DNA of 64,000 nucleotides from Spirochaetia bacterium (GTDB lineage: Bacteria > Spirochaetota > Spirochaetia > CAKZLE01), in contig OY782041.1 of NCBI GenBank assembly GCA_963677595.1, positions 1,344,001 to 1,408,000 on the forward strand, written 5' to 3'. The position numbers were made by a program, and so were the translations under genes. Below are positions 45,964 through 54,756 of this stretch, piece by piece (the first letter of the stretch is position 1; every line of letters starts with the position of its first letter). The notes under the pieces are model-generated. The model was not told the origin of the DNA. It was given only the letters and a program-made list of their open reading frames with translations, and made no database searches.

Positions 45964-46355
45964 AATTCCTTTGTGAGACTGTCGAGCAATGCCCGAAGAA
46001 CCGGATAGAATTTCTCGCGGATCAGCGTCTCTGCTTTTTTCACGTACTCTTCACTATAGGTATGAGCCATAAGATTCCTGCTTTCAAGAGCTTCGATCCA
46101 GGTATGACCATCCTCTATCATTCCTGACCGGAAACCCTCCTGGATGACTTTTCGTGGTGTTGCCGCTTCGATTCCCTCTGAAGAAAGATAATCCTTCAAT
46201 GTTTTCCAGCTGAGTTCGAACGTATACTCAAAGCATTGAACAAGTCCCTGTAGTTCGAATTTGCTGAGCGATGGTAATGCAAGGAACTCCTCAAGCTGTA
46301 CCAGGGCTTTACGAAAATTCTGAGATCGTTGTATCCATCTTACATCCTGTTCCAT
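45960..46355 (-). CDS. HEPN RNase toxin (HI0074 family)
   Basis: QCFEYTFELSWK and RNLMAHTY (R-x4-H-x-Y) motifs; overlaps the MNT start. Confidence 0.88.
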   Translation of the reverse strand: MEQDVRWIQRSQNFRKALVQLEEFLALPSLSKFELQGLVQCFEYTFELSWKTLKDYLSSEGIEAATPRKVIQEGFRSGMIEDGHTWIEALESRNLMAHTYSEEYVKKAETLIREKFYPVLRALLDSLTKEL

Positions 46356-46499
46356 ACGTACCTCTTATGAGTAGTATACAGGAATAAACGATTTTCAGAA
46401 AGTGCCTTCCTCTTCCTGCATCAAGGAGAGGCCGGGGAGCAATCCTTAAACATAGAGGAACCGTTCAATCTATCAGGATGATAGGTATCAGATGCGTCA

Positions 46500-47207
46500 T
46501 TATTCTGCGCTTACGTTCACAGCCTTGATCTCAACGGTTTCTGGAGGTAGAACATCCTTGTCAAATATTGCCTTTAAAAGAATCTTTTGGCTCTCTTTCG
46601 TATGAGATACTATTCGTTCAACAGCACTATGTTTATCCCCTGCAATCATATCTTCAAGAATCTTATGATGGTCATCACTGATCCGTATTCTAAAATCCCG
46701 ATTAGCAAAGTAGATGCGCCTGTACCTGTTACTCTGGTCCCACAAACTTTCCAGTATTCGCAAAAGTGGTTCATTCTTAGCAAGCGCGAAAATCGCAAAA
46801 TGGAAATCACGATTCTGCTGTAACACACTTTCCAGATTATCTTCATCGACGATCTGTGAATCAAGCAGTTCCTTGATTTTCTCCAGATCTGCAGGCTCTG
46901 CGTTGTTGATAGCATCAATAACAGCGATAGGCTCCAACACACTTCGTATTGAAAAAATATGATTAAGATTCTCTATAGAAATGGGGCTTACTATTGCCCC
47001 CCTACGTGGGATCAACTGCACTAAACCATCTGCTGCAAGTTTATCGAGTGCCTGGCGTATCGGAAGACGGCTAAGGCCCAGATTCCGTGCAATCTCATCC
47101 TGGTTTACTCGTTCGCCTGGAAGGCATTCACCAGTGAGTATCAGTGACTTGATATTGTTATAAGCATAAAGTGAAGCCATAATTGGTTTTTGCGTGTTTT
47201 CTACCAT
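46500..47207 (-). CDS. GntR/FCD family transcriptional regulator
   Basis: PGER, LGLSR.PIRQAL..L..DGLV wHTH; FCD domain FH..I...N. Confidence 0.92.
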   Translation of the reverse strand: MVENTQKPIMASLYAYNNIKSLILTGECLPGERVNQDEIARNLGLSRLPIRQALDKLAADGLVQLIPRRGAIVSPISIENLNHIFSIRSVLEPIAVIDAINNAEPADLEKIKELLDSQIVDEDNLESVLQQNRDFHFAIFALAKNEPLLRILESLWDQSNRYRRIYFANRDFRIRISDDHHKILEDMIAGDKHSAVERIVSHTKESQKILLKAIFDKDVLPPETVEIKAVNVSAE

Positions 47208-47228
47208 ACAACGAAACCTCTTCCTTAA

Positions 47229-47885
47229 TCAGTTTAACTGGGCATTATAGCTGTATTTTGTATCAACTTCAAGACTCGTTAAACCAGAACGTAAATCAGC
47301 ACACATCGATTCTTCCTTTGCGTAGAGTTCTTCTGCTTTATCTAACACCTCTGGAAAAATCTCGCTTGGAATCACAGCTACTCCGCTCCGATCTGCGATT
47401 ATTATATCTCCAGGACGTACTTGAACCCCGCCAAATTGTATCAGAATATTAGTAGCTTCTTCCATAGCTCTACCACGAGCTGTTGCTACAACACTCCCTC
47501 GAGCATACACTGGGAAATCCAGGTCAACATAGTCATCTATATCCCTGCACGCACCATCAATCACCACACCAGATAGACCTTTGAGACTTGCGCCTGTTGC
47601 AAGTACTCCACCCCAACAGGAGATGTCGAGTCTTCCCCCATTGTCGATAACAATAATATCCCCTGGTCGTGCACTTTCAATAGCCTTAACTCCTAAATGT
47701 GTTCCAGATGTAGATTTTCCTGCTGGAATCATTCTTAGCGTAACAGCTTCCCCAACAATCTTTTTACGCACCTCACAGATCGGTCGAATCCCAATGGTAG
47801 CTCCAGCACTATGATAAAAATCCAGTGCATCAGCCACATTTGTTGTAGAAAGCTTATACAACCTTTCTCTTTGTAAATCGTCCAT
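47229..47885 (-). CDS. RraA-like / HMG-CHA aldolase family protein 1
   Basis: VADA, PGDIIVID, WGG, IDGACRD and V.PGDII.AD..GV motifs. Confidence 0.87.
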   Translation of the reverse strand: MDDLQRERLYKLSTTNVADALDFYHSAGATIGIRPICEVRKKIVGEAVTLRMIPAGKSTSGTHLGVKAIESARPGDIIVIDNGGRLDISCWGGVLATGASLKGLSGVVIDGACRDIDDYVDLDFPVYARGSVVATARGRAMEEATNILIQFGGVQVRPGDIIIADRSGVAVIPSEIFPEVLDKAEELYAKEESMCADLRSGLTSLEVDTKYSYNAQLN

Positions 47886-48109
47886 TGTTCTTCTCCCTCT
47901 TGGTGATTTTTGATATATGATAATATATACTATTTTCGGTCGATTCGCAACCTTACGATATGCTAATACTCAGTTTAATAGCAAAAATTGTATCCTGAAT
48001 CAAAATTCAGTATGCAATACACCCAAAAATCTCTATCTGTTTTGTTATTTGTATGGTTGTTCTCGGCATTATCTCAATAGCACTTCAGGGAAATTCGTAA
48101 GGAGAGTCC

Positions 48110-49159
48110 CTACGTAATAATTGTATATTGCAATATTACGTATATACCATAGAGCGAGAGCAGTAAGAATCCTTGCCACCGGGGAAAGGTTTTTCCCTTA
48201 TTGGTACTTATGAATATGCGGAATACCCATAAAACCAGAAGCATAGCCGGAAAGTGAATAATGTAGAAGTTTTGCGAGATTGCCAGAGGACGTGCTGTCG
48301 CTGCAGCCCCGATGACAAAGAGGCAGTTCAGGACATCGGCTCCGACAACATTGCCCACCGTAATTTCCGGATGACCCTTACGAACCGCTGTAATTGCTGT
48401 CATGAGCTCCGGGAGTGAGGTCCCAAATGCCACCATAGTAGCTGCGATTACATCCTGGGGAACCCCCAGCTGCAGGGCAAGTTCACTGGCAGCGGGAATG
48501 AGGATACGAGCACCGGAGATAACCATGCCGATCCCTCCTGCGATCATAACCCAACATATTCCCAAGGAAGCATCACTCTCATGAGATGCAGTGTCCGTTC
48601 CCATATCCTCTTCTGTATGCCCACGAGACCAAAGAAGATTCATTACCAAATACACAGCCAGCAAGACAAGGAACCCAATTCCTACTGGTCGACCGAGGGC
48701 CCTCTCGTCAGGAAGAAATAGTAGAGGGAATACCGATATTGCTACCAGCAGGGTCGCTGATCCCACCTGCCACCAGCCATTCCGATTCAGGATATATGTG
48801 TTCATTGGTACTGAGGCGATCAATGCTGTAAAGCCGAAGATCAACCCTGTATCAGCTATGATAGATCCTATACCATTCCCAAGCGCTAGACCTGGATCAC
48901 CCTGGAAGGCCGCCAGTACAGATACAAACGCTTCCGGCATAGTAGTACCGAGAGACACGATAGTAGCCCCAATGACTACTTTTGGTATAGAGGTCCGCTC
49001 AGCAAGATCGACCACTCCATCGATCATGAGATCAGCACCTTTCGATAACAGGAAGACCCCTAGTACGATAACGAGGAGAAGTGCCCATATCGGGAAAGAG
49101 GAGATTAACTCATTCAGTACCTCTTCATCAGAGATATATTGCCAGATAGTATGAATCAT
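48110..49159 (-). CDS. Calcium/sodium antiporter (YrbG family)
   Basis: Two alpha repeats, GTTMPE...GN.IGS and GTSLPE...GNVVG. Confidence 0.9.
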   Translation of the reverse strand: MIHTIWQYISDEEVLNELISSFPIWALLLVIVLGVFLLSKGADLMIDGVVDLAERTSIPKVVIGATIVSLGTTMPEAFVSVLAAFQGDPGLALGNGIGSIIADTGLIFGFTALIASVPMNTYILNRNGWWQVGSATLLVAISVFPLLFLPDERALGRPVGIGFLVLLAVYLVMNLLWSRGHTEEDMGTDTASHESDASLGICWVMIAGGIGMVISGARILIPAASELALQLGVPQDVIAATMVAFGTSLPELMTAITAVRKGHPEITVGNVVGADVLNCLFVIGAAATARPLAISQNFYIIHFPAMLLVLWVFRIFISTNKGKTFPRWQGFLLLSLYGIYVILQYTIIT

Positions 49160-49222
49160 AATATCCCCATACACGTTCATGAAATAAGCACCTGTTTCTG
49201 TACGCCGATTAGGTGTTTTGTC

Positions 49223-50419
49223 TCAGAAACGGTTGATCTGAGCAGCTGCTCTATTCGGCGTCACGTTCACCGTAAGGGCAACGGCAGAGTTTGCCAGTGC
49301 CATAACCCCTGCCATGATGAATAACAACTCCACACCAAGTTCCTGCCAGACGAACCCACCCACGACGGCGATGACGATACTGATCAGGTGATCTATCGAA
49401 AGGCCTGTTGTCAGGGTAGCGGTCATCTCATCCCTGTCACTGCTGAGACTCTTTACGTAGACACCTCCTGCCATACTGGCGTTAGACAGGATGTTATCCA
49501 GAATGTACGCGATTATGACCGCTATATATGCCGTATCCTGAGGGAAGATATGGTGGGCAAACCCATATACCATGCAGACAAAGAACAGGATAACCGTGTC
49601 CCCCACCATGACTGCCTTGAACCCGATCCTATCAATGGTTTTCCCGATAATGGGGGAAATAAATATATTCAGGGCGGCGCTGACCGCTAATAGAGACGAA
49701 ATCACCGACACCGAAGCTCCATACATGAGTATCAGGGCATAGGGTCCGAAAGTTAGGAACACTTGTTTCCGTGCACCATAGAAGATCTGGAGTAGATAAT
49801 ACTTGCTGTACTTCTTAGCAAAATAGAGGCGCTGTCTTGAAATCTTACGGGTATCACTCTTCAGCTTGAAGGAGATGATGATTGAAAGCCCAACTAAGAT
49901 GATAGCAGCGATGAATATGGTTCGGTAGCCTGCTTCTCCTGAGACAAAGAAGAAAACTATGGGAACGAGGAAAAAACCGGTGACTTTCCCGATGTTCAGT
50001 ATTCCCCGCATAGTGCCGAGCGCCTTGCCTTCCTGGCCTGGCTCAACCGAATTGACAGCATAAGCCTGCCTTAACGGGATCGCAATATGGACACCGGTAC
50101 TCCAGAGCATCAATAGTGCGATTGCAGGAATCAAGTTTTTCCCGACTAGGAAAAACCCAGTTACGCCTACGAGAGCAAATATATAGCCGAACTGCAGTAT
50201 TCGATTTTCGGGGAATCGGTAGAAAAATGCTAAGATTACTACCAGGAAGAGTCCTGGGAGTTCACGAAAGAACTCAACGACACCCCTATCTGCCTTCGAA
50301 ACCTCCAGGATATGAGCAAGGTAGTTATCGAGGACACCCCGGAAGAGGGCGACAGCGATACCGAATAATAAAACAGTGAGACTGAAATAATGAAATTGTG
50401 TTAACTTATCTTTTGCCAT
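49223..50419 (-). CDS. MFS transporter
   Basis: RELPG, GARKQVF and DRIGFK motifs; about 12 TM segments. Confidence 0.82.
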   Translation of the reverse strand: MAKDKLTQFHYFSLTVLLFGIAVALFRGVLDNYLAHILEVSKADRGVVEFFRELPGLFLVVILAFFYRFPENRILQFGYIFALVGVTGFFLVGKNLIPAIALLMLWSTGVHIAIPLRQAYAVNSVEPGQEGKALGTMRGILNIGKVTGFFLVPIVFFFVSGEAGYRTIFIAAIILVGLSIIISFKLKSDTRKISRQRLYFAKKYSKYYLLQIFYGARKQVFLTFGPYALILMYGASVSVISSLLAVSAALNIFISPIIGKTIDRIGFKAVMVGDTVILFFVCMVYGFAHHIFPQDTAYIAVIIAYILDNILSNASMAGGVYVKSLSSDRDEMTATLTTGLSIDHLISIVIAVVGGFVWQELGVELLFIMAGVMALANSAVALTVNVTPNRAAAQINRF

Positions 50420-50742
50420 ATGATTTTCTGCCTTATGTGCATACGGAGACTTTCCCCTCATGAACAATACTGAGATTATTTTTCTCATAGACTTGTATTG
50501 CCATGTACTGCTAGTAGGCAAACCGCATGTGAACAGCTCACAGTTTTGTACTACTGACTTCCCTTTCCCCTGCCCCTCAATTCCCATTGTGAAACAGTTT
50601 CTTAAAAAGATTGGTATTTCCAGTAGTTTTCATAGATCATGAGTGTTAATCACCGGAATAACTCATCTCCAGCGCCAATCCTTTGTATGTGGGCTCGGTT
50701 ATACTTTTTTGACAATGTGCGGCTGAACCTTACTGTTCCTGA

Positions 50743-51282
50743 TTATCCAATCGAAGGGTACAATTTGTTCTTAAAGTAAGCTAATTGACCTCCAGCATTG
50801 ATTACATCAAGGATAAAGGAAGGAAACTTATTGAATGCTATTACCGTATCCTGGTCACGATTGATGATTATGCTATTCTCATAATCGAGTTTCAGATGAT
50901 CCCCTGTATTCACAAATTTGCTGATACCAGGGCAAGTTATTGCGGGTAACCCATTATTGATGGCATTACGAAAAAAGTATCGTGAGAATGATTCTCCCAC
51001 AACACATGTTACGCCGGCACCGATCAAAGCAACTACAGGATGCTTGATACTCTTCCCACCACATCCAAAATTCTTCCCTGCAACAACGATATCATAAGCA
51101 CCACCTGAAAAAGGGATGTTCTCGTTTTGGTCGCGTGAGGTTACATTCTCGAATACATGCTGTCCTAACATAACAGGATCAGGATCAGGACGTTCCATAT
51201 TCCAATACGTTTGAGCAATAATTTCATATGTAGTTATATCATCACCACATTTCCATACTTTTCCGGTTCTCTGTAATTCCAT
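50743..51282 (-). CDS. LeuD/aconitase swivel-domain small subunit (divergent)
   Basis: GKVWK.GDDI, GKNFGCG and SFSR.F.RNAINNG motifs; SSRE motif altered. Confidence 0.85.
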   Translation of the reverse strand: MELQRTGKVWKCGDDITTYEIIAQTYWNMERPDPDPVMLGQHVFENVTSRDQNENIPFSGGAYDIVVAGKNFGCGGKSIKHPVVALIGAGVTCVVGESFSRYFFRNAINNGLPAITCPGISKFVNTGDHLKLDYENSIIINRDQDTVIAFNKFPSFILDVINAGGQLAYFKNKLYPSIG

Positions 51283-51307
51283 ATTCCCATCCAATCATTA
51301 GTAAGAT

Positions 51308-52552
51308 TTAGTTCGTAGTCGATTTTATATAACCATGCAACGCTGCCATTGCTGCAGTGTATGCAGATGCAAGGAACACCTCCGACTCCTGGCTCCCCAT
51401 ACGTCCTTTAAAATTCCGATTGGTAGTACTAACACACACCTCCCCATCACCAAGCAAGCCTTGGCCAAAGCCGGCACACGATGCACAACCAGGCGTCAGC
51501 ACGGCAGCCCCTGCTTCTAGTAGTTCTGAGATGATCCCTTCCTCTATTGCCTGCTCCATGATAATCTGACTGGCAGGCACGACTATCAAACGTGTGTCAT
51601 TACAGACTTTCTTACCTGCTAAGATCTCAGCAGCCTGTTTTAGATCTTCCATTCGTCCGTTTGCACAGGACCCAATGAATACCTGATCAACCCGTTTCCC
51701 TTCCATTTCTTTGACTGTGTGTATATTATCCATTCTGTGCGGGCAGGCTAGAACAGGTTCTAAACCTGAAAGATCAAGCTCAATGATCTTATTATATTCG
51801 GCTGAATCATCAGGTCTTTGGATATATTCGTCTGGTAATCCCAGATAATCACAGGTCTTCTTGTCTGCCTCAAAGATCACGTTCTTTGCATCAGTTTCTG
51901 CCAGCATATTCGCAATTGCCATACGCCCTTCAATGCTGATTTGGCTCAAACCTGGTCCACCAACTTCCAAAGCCTTGTTTCCTGCCAGATCTGCAGGCAG
52001 TAACGGCAGAAGAGAAAGTGCAACATCTTTGGCTGTCGTTCCTTTGGGCAGTTTACCTGTTAACCCAATACGAATAGTCTCAGGCACTTGAAGCCACAAC
52101 TCACCAGTAGCAAGTATCATTGCTGCATCTGAAGCTGTTATGCCACACCCGAGAGCTCCAATACTTCCATACATTGTGGAATGTGAATCAGTCCCAACAG
52201 CTATCTCCCCTGGTAATGTAAAATCTTCCAGCATCATTTGATGGCTAATGCCGTGGCGTCCGATCTCAGCAAACCTGTTGATTCCATGGAACCGGCAGAA
52301 CTCCCTGATCCTGACTAAGTTATTTGCTTCTTTCACAGTAGTTGGGGGAGCCGTGTGGTCTGCAGATACGAGTATTCTGTCCGGATACTTGACCATACAA
52401 TCCTGCAGAGAGCCAAATTCATGGAGTACAGTCGGGCCAATAAAATCATTAATCATCAACCGGTCTATTTCTACGGTTACTATTTGTGATGGGAACACAC
52501 TCTGATTCCCAGATTTCTTTGCAAGTAGTTTCTCTGTTAATGTCATTCCCAT
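51308..52552 (-). CDS. LeuC/homoaconitase-like [4Fe-4S] large subunit
   Basis: TLTEK, DH, GTDSHS, IGSCANGR, PGCASC and STTNRNFKGRMG motifs. Confidence 0.92.
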   Translation of the reverse strand: MGMTLTEKLLAKKSGNQSVFPSQIVTVEIDRLMINDFIGPTVLHEFGSLQDCMVKYPDRILVSADHTAPPTTVKEANNLVRIREFCRFHGINRFAEIGRHGISHQMMLEDFTLPGEIAVGTDSHSTMYGSIGALGCGITASDAAMILATGELWLQVPETIRIGLTGKLPKGTTAKDVALSLLPLLPADLAGNKALEVGGPGLSQISIEGRMAIANMLAETDAKNVIFEADKKTCDYLGLPDEYIQRPDDSAEYNKIIELDLSGLEPVLACPHRMDNIHTVKEMEGKRVDQVFIGSCANGRMEDLKQAAEILAGKKVCNDTRLIVVPASQIIMEQAIEEGIISELLEAGAAVLTPGCASCAGFGQGLLGDGEVCVSTTNRNFKGRMGSQESEVFLASAYTAAMAALHGYIKSTTN

Positions 52553-52732
52553 AAGCAATCTCCCCTCTTTGCCCAACTTCAATCGCCTGATTTCAAGAAA
52601 ACCTCGATACTTCCTAAGACTGTTTTAAAGCTACAATCCAACAGCTATGCAATACTGCGTTTTTCCTGTTAAAAATTCACAATCAAACGCCATCCAACTC
52701 TTCAACTGGAATTACTACATATCTCTTATCTG

Positions 52733-53422
52733 TCAATTGAAATGGACACCCATCTGCTTCAATAAATTACGATAGAAACCGGGATGGTCACTCACATCCA
52801 AATTACCCTTTCGATAATTATCCAGGATCTCTTCTTCCGCATTGAACTTATCAAGTGCAGCATCTATTACCATGGGAGCATCTGCCTGCGGGATTACGAC
52901 AACCCCATCGTGATCGCCAACCAGCAAATCCCCAGGGCATACGACTTGCCCCCCACAGGCTATTGGTACATTAATCTCACCGGGTCCGTTCTTGTATGGC
53001 CCCTGAGGGGTAACCCCTTTCGCAAATACCGGGATGGATAATTCCTGAATGCCTTCAATATCCCGAATACACCCATCAACAACGATGCCCGCTAATCCTT
53101 TCTGCTGTGCATACGTGAACATGATCTCACCTGCAAGAGAACGATTAACTGCGCTGCCCCCGTCAACAACCAGGATATCTCCAGGTTGTGCCATATCCAA
53201 GGCATAATGGAACATGAGGTTATCACCGATAGGAGCTTTCACCGTTATTGCCGTACCTACCATAGGTAACTTATTCATGGAACGAATATACTCGTGCATA
53301 CAGTACATTCGGTTCATCATATCTCCAATATTGCTTGAGGGTATGCCACGAAACTTCTCAACTAATGCTTTTTCCGGTCGTACTACTTCTGTGTTAATTC
53401 TTAATCCAATAGGTACTTTCAT
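52733..53422 (-). CDS. RraA-like / HMG-CHA aldolase family protein 2
   Basis: GDNLM, PGDILVVD, GE, VDGCIRD and GPGEINVPI motifs. Confidence 0.88.
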   Translation of the reverse strand: MKVPIGLRINTEVVRPEKALVEKFRGIPSSNIGDMMNRMYCMHEYIRSMNKLPMVGTAITVKAPIGDNLMFHYALDMAQPGDILVVDGGSAVNRSLAGEIMFTYAQQKGLAGIVVDGCIRDIEGIQELSIPVFAKGVTPQGPYKNGPGEINVPIACGGQVVCPGDLLVGDHDGVVVIPQADAPMVIDAALDKFNAEEEILDNYRKGNLDVSDHPGFYRNLLKQMGVHFN

Positions 53423-53992
53423 AGTAAACCTCCCTACTATGTAACTAAGCTGTATTGAAAAACAGCATTTGATCTGCGAGCACTACAGGCAGCCTATAGC
53501 ATTCCTTTTTCCTCAATTACTTGTCTGATCATATAAATGACATGCGACCCAATGATTCTCTGAAACTTGCTGCAACTTCAGTTTTAGTTTGCTTGTAATT
53601 TGATGAAATCTTTTTTTACTGAAAATTCCAAATCAGCTTAGTCGCACTTATTTTATCAACTACAAAGCACTTATATGATCTTGTAATTGTTCAACAACAG
53701 TTAAAGGCTGAACTTTTTTATTAATAGTTATATAAACCCTAGCCATATAACTCTTAACAAATTCAATAATTCTGCTTTCAAAGCATAAAATTTTACGTTA
53801 TTAAAATATAACTAGAGTTGGGCTGTAGGAGTTGAAACTATTTCTTAGCTTTGTCATATACCATCCAGAAAGTCCCAGGAATAATTATTCCTATAATATT
53901 TAATTCCAACTCCTACTGCCCGCTAATCATGTCATTCGAGTATCTAATTCATAAACGTACTGTTCACGACAACTTGTACATTTATGGCTTAA

Positions 53993-54736
53993 TTACAAAG
54001 TTCTTTTAACTTCGCCTCCTCGCGCCTCAATAAGCTGATTAAAATAAGCCCTTCTTTCTAACTCGACTTGTTTCTTGTCAATTTTTACATCATTGCCGGC
54101 TGGTTTTGGTTCTTTCTTCTTCATAAGTCGAGCATGTACAGACATTACCGCTCTACTAGGAATAACTACTAAACCCTCTCTATCTCCATAAACTACATCC
54201 CCAGCTTCTACAACTATGCCACCACAGCAAATAGGAGTATTTAGTTCTCCAGGCCCCCGCTTTGGTGTAGTAACAGTATTAATGCCCTTAAGAAATATTG
54301 GAAAATCGACTTCTTCGAGCTCAGCAATATCACGCCAGGCACCATCAACAACAATACCAGTTGCCCCTGCTTTTTTGGCAGCAATCGCAATGTTACCACC
54401 TCCAACACAAGCAGATGTATAACCTTTATTATCAATAACCATAACATCGCCGGGTTTTATATATTCAAGTGCTTTCTTAATCATGATAGAATCGCCAGGA
54501 GCACACTTTACAGTAAGGGCTGTTCCTATCATCGGAGACATATTTGCATACCCTTCACGAATAGAGCAATCCATAGAGTAAAGCACACCTACTTGATCAG
54601 CCACATCGCATACACCAAACGTACTTATATCTTTCAGAATCTGCTCATCAACTCTTTCAAAATCTTCAATAATACGAAATCCTAAATATGGAAAAGAACC
54701 ATCCCAACTTGGATTCTTTGCAACAGGTAGTTTCAT
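53993..54736 (-). CDS. RraA-like / HMG-CHA aldolase family protein 3
   Basis: VAD, PGDVMVID, VDGAWRD and GPGELNTPI motifs. Confidence 0.87.
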   Translation of the reverse strand: MKLPVAKNPSWDGSFPYLGFRIIEDFERVDEQILKDISTFGVCDVADQVGVLYSMDCSIREGYANMSPMIGTALTVKCAPGDSIMIKKALEYIKPGDVMVIDNKGYTSACVGGGNIAIAAKKAGATGIVVDGAWRDIAELEEVDFPIFLKGINTVTTPKRGPGELNTPICCGGIVVEAGDVVYGDREGLVVIPSRAVMSVHARLMKKKEPKPAGNDVKIDKKQVELERRAYFNQLIEARGGEVKRTL

Positions 54737-54756
54737 TTTTAAATACCCCTCATTAA

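Noticed and set aside
45618-46500. Integrase or attachment-site duplication next to tRNA-Val
   Set aside because: No recombinase ORF or repeat of the tRNA 3' end is visible within the window.
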